Positions 1 through 24,600 of a DNA stretch of 64,000 nt are shown one piece after another. The notes under the pieces are model-generated. The model was not told the DNA's origin. It worked only from the letters and a program-made list of their open reading frames with translations, and made no database searches. Within the stretch, counting starts at the first letter, position 1. Every line of letters starts with the position of its first letter. Location: positions 7,874,001 through 7,938,000 of the forward strand of contig NC_134028.1 in the NCBI RefSeq assembly GCF_964204645.1, in the 5' to 3' direction. A program made the position numbers and the translations under genes. The stretch comes from Tubulanus polymorphus (taxonomy: Eukaryota; Animalia; Nemertea).

Positions 1-771
1 CTTTACGAGTAGTTCGCTGCTAACTCTTATCGACCCTTGCATGATTAACTCACGTGATTCATATATATATTCAATAATCGTTGATGTTGTTATGATAATG
101 TATCTCTTTGTGTTGTTGATTTTTATTTCGCGGCTTGCTTCGTCGTAATAAATGCCACTGACTCTTACTATCGTGAGTGATTGCACGTACTACACGCCTA
201 TTTGTCTCGATTTGAAATACCCTCTTATAATGGAATGCCACTGAATTCAAAATTTTCGATGCAATTGATAATAAGATTTGGGCATCAGTTTTCGGAATTC
301 GTTTTCGATTTCAGTAACGGTTTCAATGTTGTACGAATCAAAAGTTTGAAAGAGTTTGTTGTTGCGCTCGACGAAAGCGTTTGAGTAATTTTTAAAGAGA
401 GAGAGAGAGTTTTAGGATATCCTTGTATTGTATTTCTAGATTTCTAGTAACTGAATTGACTGGTGGTGGTGGTGTCTTAACTGTCTTTTCACTAATTGGT
501 GAATACTTCTCCTTAATAGTTTAACTTACAAGTTAACTGATCTGTTTGAGTTAAATTGATTCTGCTGCTCCATTGCAATCAAGGCTTGACCAGTAGCTTA
601 TGTAACTAAACACGTTCTCTGCCGGCTTGATAATATGGTGCCGCTACCAAAAATTTTCATAAGTTGGCACTGGAGCTGTTACATAGGCAGACTTTGTTCA
701 AAATTGACCGATAAGCATTGAGAATGATGCTGTGTCAGTCCCGCGTGCCAGTGCAAAAATCTTAACTAAGT

Positions 772-823
772 ATAGGAACAAAAATACATAAAAAGGATTA
801 TCTTTATGTATTTTTGATGGGAA
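772..823. mobile_element. Mini-palindrome with near-perfect 7-bp TSD (P-superfamily-like footprint)
   Basis: ataggaa-[caaaaatacataaa..tttatgtatttttg]-atgggaa; 38-bp insert with 14-bp perfect arms. Confidence 0.5.
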
Positions 824-1270
824 GAATCAGCTGTGAATATATTCGTAGTGGTGTTGGTGACAGAACCGTAATTACGAGTATAGGCCTATTTGTAGTCGGC
901 AGTGAATGTGTTGAGTGATGTGACTTATTATGAGACCAGTCTTAAAGAACATTTTAGTTTTACGTCACAAATGCAATGAGGCATGCTGAAATCTTGAATC
1001 AGTTTTTCATACTGTTGAAATTAGTTCCATTTTGCTAGTTCAGCTTTTAGAATGATCGACTTTCTCAAATCACTTAAATGTCTATTGTCATTATTTTTGA
1101 CACGATCCGTTTTGTTTTTATAATGTAATGAAATGAATAGAAATGATAAGAATTCAAATTTGATGTTTTATGATCTAGTACATACTTGAATGTGGTTTAT
1201 GAAATTTCATGTAGGGCTTTGATTAATTTCTCACGTGCGTTTAAAAATCTTGATTTTTTTTCCCTTACAG

Positions 1271-14029
<12,759 letters not shown>

Positions 14030-15103
14030 ACTTCAAGCGAAACGACGCTTGTTGTAACGTACTGAAAATGCATTTTAAGCGTCTACGTAATTCGTGATTT
14101 CATGTCATCATCAGAGTGGATTTAGTCTCGGCGGGCTGTTGCGTACACTTTTCGCCTGTCCGTAAACGGAATCCAGTTATTTTGAGAAGTTTTGAAGGCG
14201 CGCTTCAATGGATTGTCGCTTGATATTTGGTTTATACATGTATATACCCTTGATACATCTTCAGCCATCAAGATGTTGTTCACTGCTCTCTTTGCCCTCT
14301 TGGTCTCATCAGTCGTCATTCGTAGATGGAACAAGGTGTTTTGAGTACACTATCTTTTAACTTAAAAGTTTGGATATTTCACATGACATTGCCTATGTAG
14401 GGATTTCAGTAACATTATGTCTGACCTTCAGATTATCTTGACTAATTAAAACAGCAGTTCTGAGTTCATCTTTATAATCTTGAAAAAGATATTTTTTTTG
14501 GGGGGGGGGGTTCAGTTAGATGTCAAACTGCATTATCTGCCAAAATTTGACACCATTCCAAGGTTGACGGGTAATTGAGAGAGCAATTCATTGACAATCT
14601 CTAATGAACAGTTCTATTTATATTGAGTAACTACTTAGCATAATTTGTATCCCTCACTGTTCTTTTGATGGTGGTGAGTTTCAAGCTATCGATTGATATA
14701 TTTGTTTGCCAGAAGGCGTTGCGTATAGAAATTGACAGATTGCCAAGCATTTCACTAAGTGGCATTGTGTCCCTGGATCCCTAGTTCATTAACTATTTCT
14801 AATATTCAAATGTTGGTAGGAGGGAATTGTAGTTCTCGGTTGAGAGTACTAGTATTGACTAGATTTAAATCTAACTGTGGAATCGGGTCCTGGTCAATGC
14901 GGATTTGTTGGATTTTAACTGGCAACTTGTCTCTATACAATTGGGCATTTTATATCGTCTCACAAAGGGTATCGAACTTTTATTTCAATATCAAAATGGC
15001 AGGGAAATGCCAGCTTTAAGCCGATTTAACGCGCAAGAGAAATTAGCTGAAACGATTTGGAATTACCGGAGTACGAGTTGTTGATGTAACAAAATTGACG
15101 ATG

Positions 15104-15152
<49 letters not shown>

Positions 15153-17250
15153 ATATATGAAGAATAATAATCGGTTAATTTATTTTAGGTAGTATACGCA
15201 TGCTATGATTGATGATTATTTTTTGCTGAAAACTATTAACTATTCTAAAGATACTTCATTCCTGGCTTGTATTATAGTAATGTCTTTCACTGCTCGTAAG
15301 TTGTGAATATATTTTTCTTTTTGTTCTTGTATTGAAATTTCTTGTTGCCAAAAATCCTGTTCTACCTGCTGTACATAGATAAAAGAAGATGGATCTTTCA
15401 CTGTTGATTTGATAGTAATGTAGTTGGGCGGGGGGGGGGGGGGGGGTGACGAGTCTCGGATTTATGAGTGAAATTGAAATCAGATCAAATTATCCGGCCA
15501 CTTTGGAATGATATTTGCAAGAGCTGAAAAGTTTGTTGGATATATTTTACGGGGGAATGTTCTATGTGAGATCCGATTGGGATCTTCAGGGATGTCTGAC
15601 CAACATAGGTCCATTTTCCATTTACCACCAGTCTTTGACCTACCACATCCTATATTATCAGTTAACATGCCTAGCAAACTGGACTTGGGAGAGATTTTAA
15701 TTTCATCTCAGAACAGATAAGTACTGTGGTTTTGGCTTCGTTATCGAGTTATTGGCATGCCGAACATTTCATTTATAGCTAGGAAATATGTGCTAAAGAC
15801 AATCTTTCTGTCAATTTAATGGCTTGATTGTTGGTGATACTGCGCAGGAGGATGATCCATGGGTCTAACCTGTCATTATCTATATCCCACTATAACATGT
15901 AGAAGCAAAAAAAAAAGTTTTGCGTCAAGACATAAGGTGTGGAGTTAACTGAATGCTGATATCATTTCATTCTAGTCTGGACCTATTTGCCCGGTACTTA
16001 GATATCACTATTTATGTCTGGGCGACCAGTTTTTGAGAGTGGTGATAAAATGTCTTTCTAGGTGGTTTGTAGTTCATAAACCCAAAAACATGTAACTAAC
16101 GCCAATGAAAAGTTGGATGAATAGGGGTCGATAGTTTGAGGGGCGGGTTTAGAGAACGCTCAATTCATTCCTGTAAGATCTACCGCTCATACAAATGACA
16201 AGAGATCCGGTGTTACAGAGTAGGTGTTGGAAGTGGAACTTCGTTCTAACGAGCTTCAAGAAAACAGAATATTGATCTTTTTATTTACGGTAGTAGTTAC
16301 ATCGATTATGAAATTGAAATGATACTCCTGTTTGGGTTGAAATTCGAGGTTGATCGGTAATTGATGAACTGTAAATAGCCCAGCAGTCCTTTAGAACAAG
16401 GTTCCACTTGTCGCAGCTTGCCAATAAATAAGCTCCAAATCCCTTCAGTTTTATAACACAGACCCAATCGAGATCTTTTAGATCATCCCGTTTTATGAAA
16501 AAAAAAGAAAAAAGATATTCGTTAAGGGTAGGGTTAGGCGCATTTTAGTACAAATTCCTTATTATTATGTAAATTTTGTATCATAGCCAAAAACCTGTGT
16601 CTTATGTTTTATTATCGAGCATGGAAAAAGGACCACATTTTATCGTCATTTGTTTATCACCTGATGAAACGTGTACAGATTTCTAACTGATGACCGCGCG
16701 CATTCGAAATTATCGATTACGAGAATCGTCATTATGCAAGTTATCGATCGACTATTATCGTTATAGGAACGAAACATCGTTCTCGATATCGGCGAGGGAG
16801 AGTTAATCGTAGAAAAAAAAGGACGAATTTCAGTCGAAAATATCGATATCAATATCCGGTAGTATCATATCCGAGGGCAGTGTCGTAGACTGGTGTTTAC
16901 AATTGAGTTAAACATAGTACCAGTCTATTAACCGGCCGCGAGTAATAAATATTATTATTATTATTATTTTCATTATCAATCGATATCACTAATTAATATA
17001 TGATGCTGGGTTATGTAGATATTTATTAATTAAATTAAGTGATAATAATTAAATAAAATGTACAGTTTGTAGATAATAATGTACAGTTTTCTAGCCACAT
17101 TACACGTTCACCTTGGTAATTATTATTATTATTCTTCTGTTGTGTCGCGCGATCAGTTTAACGGTTATATTTTTGTGTAGAATAAAGTGTCATTGTGCAT
17201 TTATTAATATAAGAAATAATAAATAATGTAAATTTATTTACCACGATCCA
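14030..17250 (+). other. Probable long (~3.2 kb) KAT6 3'UTR
   Basis: No coding signal after the stop; AT-rich end with AATAAA at ~17052, 17181 and ~17218, followed by U/GU-rich tracts. Confidence 0.55.
15107..15148. repeat. (AT)n microsatellite
   Basis: About 20 perfect AT units. Confidence 0.95.
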
Positions 17251-17817
17251 TATGTATTCAGTATTTTTTTTTTTTCGCTTAGAACTTTCTGCCATTCTCA
17301 ATTTACAGAGGAGGCTGGTCATGTGTGCTTCAGTCCGGTTGTAGTTCTAAAACTGATGAAATTGTGTTTACCCATTAGCACTCCGGAATGCAGTGTTCAT
17401 TACTCCCGAGATAATTCATGGGAAAATCCATGTTTATCACGATACAGAATAGCTCATTTGTTGATTATCATGTGTTACAAGTTTTTGTTACATTTCTGTA
17501 AAACGAACTGGACTTTCATATATAGGATTTGATGTGTGCCGTCAAAATTGTGATTTCAAATACTCAAGAATTTTAAATAGAAAGAGATTGATTTCTGTAC
17601 AGAATTTTGACATCTTAGGCTTTTGTTCCAAAGTCTTTGAACCCACTTGTACTGGCAAAAGGAAAACTAAGATGTTACTTATATTTTCCAAAATTACAAA
17701 AAAAGTTTATTGGTGCTACGATTTAATTTTTCATTATAAAACATATTTCCAAATATAAATAATGTATTGATAAAATAATTCCAGAATCAACAGTAGAGAG
17801 ATCGTCCGGCGGTTCTG

Positions 17818-19628
17818 TTAATCGAGACATGATCCGATGATCTTGCAGACGGAATGCGGAGATAGAGATGATTCAAAATAACTGCTAATACCCGAAGCGA
17901 AAGCATCGTGTATAAGAGACTTGCACTGAAAGAGAAAATATTGAATCGATTTGTTATTATTCATACAAAGAATTATTGTGCGTCCGAGGTTTAAAAGTTG
18001 TAACTCTCGAGCAGATATTCATGATTCCAGGACGTACCTAGCGAGGGCAGGGGGGCAATTTCAGAAATGTGGTGCCCTATTTGCATGTATTATTGTTATA
18101 TCCAATAGATCTGCCCTTCTTCTGTTTCTCATCCTCATAATTCAAATGCTAGGTACGGCCCTGGATTCAGTTCATTAAATTTTCAACTCTTCATAGTTAC
18201 GTACATATCTATCATTAGGTGATTCCAGTGGAGAGCATTGTTCGATCAAAAAGCGTTCAACATCAGCCTGAATTAGAATAGAATGTGTCAAAATATTGAG
18301 ACTCGAAATCGAACCTCCCAGAAATACGATGTAGTAGCTAGACATGAAAAAGTAACCCGAGTTAGAATGATACTTTGCAGTGAGTTTTTCCATAGTCAAA
18401 TTTTGGCCCATGACTGGAAATGCCTCAAATGGGTCCTTCAGACTACCACCAGATCAAATATGTTATCGAATTGGAGTCGGAGTTTAATAGTGTTTCGTTT
18501 TGAAGACTCGTCCGATTCGACTCAATACGTTTAGGGCGATTGGCACCTGGAGTAATACAAACCGAGTTTTCTATGACAGAATCTTGAATATCTCTTATGC
18601 TGTACTGGCAAATATCACATCTTGCTTTATCAACTGAACGAATTTGATGAACAACGCCATCCTGTTTAGTTTTCAGTCTACCTGGAAAACATTCTCATTT
18701 CAATAACCCTTCAATACAGAAATTGCTATGGTAAACGTTTGAATCTTAGATAAACTGCACGACCACTTACTGTTGCCCGCACAGAATTTGACCTTAACGC
18801 ATGCACTGGTCGGACTTAGTTGACCTCTGATAAGTTGGTCGATGAAATTAGTTAAAGCCGAGTCAACAAAACTACACTGCAAATGAGTGCAAAAAAATAA
18901 GAGAATAGAACGGGTAATAGGATGTACCAGGTAATTTATCACCACCCTCAAAATCTGATAGCTTAGAATACGATTTATTCCTTCAAACTCACGATTAAAC
19001 GATTTCTAAGGATAGCTTCACACAATCCATCAATAGTTTTATTCACTACGGCTTCGTTCTTCTCAAGAAATGTCGCTAGTTTATCGACGAAGTATTTGCA
19101 AAGATAACACTTCGCATTTACCTGACAAACAGAGGAAATACAAGAGAAACCTCAGATTTTTGGGAGGCTCACTCTTCGATGGAAAAACTCAGTTAAAAAC
19201 TGTTGCGTTTAATGGAACCGATACACCAACTAACTAGCCACCTACTCTACTGATACTGTAACTGTGGACAATTTAGATAAATCATAAAAGGACTGTCTTA
19301 GGAAATGTCTCACAAAAAGCAATATCCCAGAAACAGGGTTAAAATGTACGATAAGCTGGTAGTATTCGTACACGTTGTTTACCTGAAGCTTTGCGTCCAT
19401 TTCAGGATTGATGTCTTTCTGCATTTGAAAAACTGCTACATTTCTTTTCACAGACGAGAACGAATGTCCTAGTAAATAGATATAATGAAGTGGATATCTG
19501 TTCGGATACAGTTTAGATACATGAACTGACGACACCTATTTGCAAACGACTTTACCTTCAGTCAATAAAATACAACTGAAAAAGCATATAATCGCAACTG
19601 TCAAAATTTGTTGTCGGTAGTTCTCCAT
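17818..19628 (-). CDS. Secreted saposin-like protein (SAPLIP) with two saposin-B domains, ~227 aa
   Basis: Seven phase-consistent exons: 19628-19556, 19468-19383, 19121-18993, 18876-18771, 18681-18563, 18267-18205, 17925-17818(TAA). Signal peptide MENYRQQILTVAIICFFSCILLTEG. SapB1 is CYLC..GLC..ICS..SACVKVKFC and SapB2 is CDIC..EQC..YCK..VCKIIGSC, each with the canonical six-Cys spacing. Minus-strand AATAAA at 17706-17711. Confidence 0.9.
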
Positions 19629-20110
19629 CTTGAAATCATGTGACCGCTTTTCGAGCGAGCTTGGTGGCAGCACAGTACGGTCTCTCAAAGGAGTTATGTA
19701 ATACCACGCGGTTTTTGCTCGCCGGGTAGACCTCATTATAGTTTATGGACTGATTAGATTAGGTTAGATTAGGCCTTTTTTGATAACTTGGCATGCGGAT
19801 ATTTTTCAATAAAAAAAGTGGGAGGATGAAGTGAAAAGAAAGAAAAAAAGAATTTTTCTTAATCGGTGTTTTAAAATGGAAGGGAACAGGAAAACAAAAA
19901 TAAAATGTTTCTATTACTTGATTTCTTTCCACATAAAACCTCGGAAAAACTGCAGAAAAAAACAAAAAAGTGTTGAAATTGTGATGAATTTGATTCAAAT
20001 GATGGGAGATAAAAAAAATTACGTTTGACAGTGTATCGAATCTGATCTACTCTCGACGGAGAATTAAAACGGACCAAATCAGTTTATATCGAGGTAAGAT
20101 AAGTGAATGG

Positions 20111-21293
20111 TTATTTGACTGAATTCCTACAGCGGATCACGCAGAAATATTCACGAATTTCTCGTCCCAGTCAAAAAAAAATATATGTAGACATTTACCA
20201 CGTAGTTCCATGTTGAAAACTCAGTGAAAATGTCAAATAGAAAAAATTATCTCTGCTCCGGCACGATTGGTAAAAAATGTTGTAAATAGCGAATGGAAGA
20301 TTGCAAATGCGAGTGAAACTGTTACAAGCATTATTGTACGTTTTGATTTTGTAGTTTTCGGATCAAAAGAAACCTCTGAACAACAGTTGTTCAGAGGTAC
20401 CGGCGTACTTCTGTTACTGAAGTACGCCGGTACGGATAACAGAATTTGATGTTAGAATCAGGTATAGAACGACAACGTGGATGACAAATGCTACAAAATA
20501 TGTTATTTGGTCAAATAATTCGTAGTAACATCCAAAAAACTGGTCAATGAAATGTATCGACAAACCAGATGTGAAATATATAAACATTGCATTCACTGCA
20601 CAAATAAAACGAATCTAGCGAATTTCGGTGTACATATCAAACGAGATGTGAACGAGGAGATCACAACTGCTGCACGTTCTAGAGATATTGCTACTATCAA
20701 CCACGAACTATTACATCCTGCAACCGCAAATACAAATTCATATATTTGACAAATACTGATCACTGAATTCATGATAAATATATTGGAGCATCTTTAACGT
20801 GGAAGAGAACAAACTGTATAACAGGCATCAGTTTAAAACTGGTGCAGAACATGGAATCACTGAGCGACAAAACGATGGGATAGTTAGCGTAAGACAACCT
20901 GCGGAATCTGCGACTTATCATTATCAAGAAAGTAGCTGAATATCCTAAGGCCCCAAACATGAACACTGTAAAGATAATGACCAGTAACACAGTACGGTAG
21001 ATTCCAGATCTTCATGAATTCTACTCAGATGGAGATCGGTCGCACCATGGACTCTAAAACGAAAATCGTTAGAGTCCATGGTCGCACCTACAGCAGTTAC
21101 ATCGTTCTACTGTCTGTGATGAAGTTCATCACATTCCAGAACCGATCTGCATCTGAGTAGAGTTCATGATTCATGATGATCGAAGGAGTGTGTCCTGACT
21201 GGTACGACGAGAATGTGCTGTCTGGACTGTCTGAGAGTGTACTGACCGTTTCAGAATATACTGGAACTGACCGTGTCTTGGAAAATTGATTTA
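20111..21293 (-). pseudogene. Rhodopsin-class (peptide-receptor-like) GPCR pseudogene, TM region intronless
   Basis: Fragments occur in order across changing frames: TM1-2 (FTVFMFGALGYSATFLIMISRRFRRLSYANYPIVLSLSDS), TM3 (CQIYEFVFAVAGCNSSWLIVAISLERAAVV..LICTPKFAR), TM5, TM6 (TIMLVTVSLAF / CNLPFAI), TM7 (WNYVVNVYIYF..EIREYFC). There are at least five frameshifts or stops, and the conserved TM1 GN is changed to GY. Confidence 0.82.
21039..21087. mobile_element. Mini-palindrome with 7-bp TSD (P-superfamily-like footprint)
   Basis: gtcgcac-[catggactctaa aacgaaaatcg ttagagtccatg]-gtcgcac; 35-bp insert. Confidence 0.75.
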
Positions 21294-21603
21294 CCTGAAG
21301 TACATATGAAGAAATCATTCAAGTCTTTGTTACAGATACAATTTATTTGTAAGATTTATTGTTAACAGCGAATATAAAATCATATTTTGTCCGGGAGCTT
21401 GGCCTTATAGAATAGGCTACATTTAGGTGGTTTGAGCGGTCGCATATCAGAATTACCATCCTGTCCAAAGAAATTATACAAAGCTACTTTTGAAAACTAT
21501 AACTTGCTTTTTCTTTGGTATAGAATACATAATTTTATTTCTACTACTATAGTCTCAAAGGGCGACGCTTCGATCGCGCGTTGTATTTAGTAAACAGAGC
21601 GCC

Positions 21604-24600
21604 ATGTGCTGTCAGTCTGAAACAGCGATGGTTCACGATAAAGAGTTTTCTCCGGGCTCCCAGTCAGAGTATATTTATCGCGAGGATAAATGTTGCCCGT
21701 GTAACACGTACACGATTATCAGAATATTAGTGATTATATACGGATTGTGGTTACTGGTAAGCCTTTTGAAATTTTTTTCATGAAAAATCTTGAACATTTC
21801 TGCAATAATTCATCCCCGTTGTCCATGTTGAATTCGGCTGCTAGAATAATACATTTTAGGGGATTTCAAGAAATTTCGAATTCATTTATAAAATGCAATC
21901 TAATCGCTTTGAACGCAAAGATAAAGAATGTATACGTAAGAAATATTCTCGAATCGAGATTTCCTGTACGCGGCGATATTTCTATCGTGGATATTCTTCT
22001 ATTAACATAGTTACAATTTTCAAGCATGATTTTGGTCAAGAATTTACGATTTTTGGTATATATGTTACGTGTGGCTGGGTTGAGGGGCCCTTCCGCTAGG
22101 CTTCTGTATGTGTATGTACGCAAAAATGGTAGTTTGTCATAAAACAGTGAGTACCGGTGACGCATCTGTTGTCACGGATGTTCCTAACGCTATAATCAGG
22201 TGATTCCGAGGTATACATTTATGTAAATTGAATTCTAATTACTTTCCCTGGAATATGAAATTGTGTGCTATATACATGTATTTGTATACGTATAGCATGA
22301 CAGACTGTGACACTTTAGAAAACAATCATCTTTCTGCAGAACGGTTCCCAAGGAATTTTTCAAATATTCCAAATAGCTTCTTATATTCCCCGAAAATGTT
22401 AAATCCTGTAACTTTATAGAGGAATTGTTGAGAAATACGTAGATTTCACGCACAAGTACAAACCTGATCAGAAATGTAGAGAGAATCCCAGAATAATAAC
22501 GAAAAGCCCGAAAATGTAACTGAAGTAGTTTATTCAACGTTTCGACTATATCCTCATAGTCATCTTCGGGAATAATGACCAGAAAGCTTTAAAAAGCTTT
22601 ACAAACCCGATCAAAAGTGCTAAAAACTTATAACAATGATCGGAAAAAAATCCTAAAACTGTTTTCTGGTGACTGGTGTATTTATTTCAGGTGGTCGGAC
22701 TGCTGCTATTAGCAGTAGGAATATGGGTCGGTTCATTGCGGCGTGACTATGAAGAAGTAACGGAACTGTTGACGATACCATCCGGATTACTGTGCGGACT
22801 GGGTGTATTCATATTCATCATCGGACTTATCGGCCTGGCAGGCGCGATCAAGGAAAATCGCGCCATTCTAGTAATTGTAAGAAAATCAGATTTTCCCAAA
22901 CGGCATGTACAACACGATATCAATAGACTAAATTAAAAGCCTCTCATCAAAGCACAGATTGACCCCCTCCCCCCGCAAAAAATATTTAGTGTCGTTCGTT
23001 TTTGGTTTGAAAAATTATTAAGCGCAAATATATGGCACTTACAACAACAACACGATACAACAGGGGTCTGGCGCAAAGATTTTCTGATACAATTATTCTA
23101 GGTACCATATTGAAAATTGGGGTTTTTAGCTTAGTACCTAGGATACCGGGGTCAAAAACTTTTTGCCTCAGGCCTCTATACATAATACGTGCATATATTT
23201 TGATTTTTTTCATTCATCAAAACCTTCGTACCTATATCAACGGAAATCGCTCAAAGGCCATAACTGAGCATAATATTTTCAAATTTTTTCCAGGGGAGGG
23301 CCCCGTTCATTTCCAACCAAATTTAGAAAAAACCGACCCACCCGCTTAATCCTCACGCTACGGGCCAGCAATTGTACTACCGTAATATGTGCAAATCGTG
23401 TCATCAAACCACATCAGCAATTTACGAACCCTATCTATGTATGTGCATTTAATGTGTTTGAAAATGACGTCAAAAATGGTGAAAACGCTTATTATTGCTC
23501 AAATATCATGCAGAATCTAAGTTTCTACTAGCGTCATCTTAGTTTTCATGTGATTGCGAGTAAAACGTATCCGCTCCAGTTTTTCATAGTTTGTAGAAAG
23601 TAACGCACCCCTCAATGTTTTTTCACTATACTGTTTGCAGAAAAAATAGCGATGAAAGAATGTTGTGTATGCTTACGCAGCCAGAGAAGGGTTTATAATC
23701 TATTGTGTACAGGTGGTTGTTGAGAATTATTTTTACCTATACACCGTCTCAGGCCTATTCACAGTCCTTGACGATTCTTTGAGCTAACGCTGTTAACATG
23801 ATTTTTTATCGTTCAAACACTATGTTATTTGAGAATTTTTTGGAAATTTCACATTATGATTATAAAACATCAACCTTATCTGTATGAAATTTAGCATTTA
23901 TGATCCACTCCGATACAAATGATAGGAATTGAATTCTCGAGTGAAATATGTAGTTCTAAACTAGAAAATATATCTCAAGAGCAAACTCTAACTTACTTAC
24001 AGCTGGATAATTAGATCCTGATTCGTTTCTAGGTATATGTACCTTCAGATACAACGAACTGGCAGGGGCCTGGAATGGATGGATGTTGATTATCGCAGAA
24101 ACGAAACCACTTACGTAGATTAGTATAACTTGTTGATTGTTTTCGTTTCAGTTTTTGATTTTACTGATTTTGTTACTGATATTTCAAGTGATCGTTGGAG
24201 TTTTGGTTTACATCTACAGAGAAACGGTATGAACAATATTCTGAATATATATCCATTTCCCGAAGTAAGAAGTTGAAGATCGACTGATCGATATTTTTCC
24301 TGCAGGCTCGAGCCGTTATAAACGATCAGTTTTCGAATGCTATAACTCATTATGGAAGAGGAAACAATGAAATCACTGATGCCATAAACGGTATCCAATA
24401 TCGGGTAAGTGCCAAAGCGAGGTTTTAAAAGTTGAAATGTCTACGAGAGGTTGATCTCAGTCACTCAGGTAGGCTATGCCAATAGCGTATAGATCCTCTC
24501 GTGCGTTAGAACGCAACTTGGGTTCGAAAAACTAAAATTTCTTTACGAGTCTAGAGGCTAAAAAATGGCGGAATTGAGTGGAGCCAGCATACCGACGAAG

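Noticed and set aside
17250-17700. Possible antisense overlap between convergent genes (KAT6/saposin, and likewise tetraspanin/ABCA)
   Set aside because: The predicted polyA signals leave gaps of about 0.5 kb; overlap cannot be shown from sequence alone.
20267-20449. Plus-strand ORF ending EQQLFRGTGVLLLLKY, superficially like an eRF1/pelota C-terminus
   Set aside because: It is the antisense of the GPCR pseudogene and two palindromes; no other pelota sequence is present.
21893-22099. Possible tetraspanin first exon (EISC motif)
   Set aside because: No convincing TM1 with a compatible donor; 21604-21756 fits much better.
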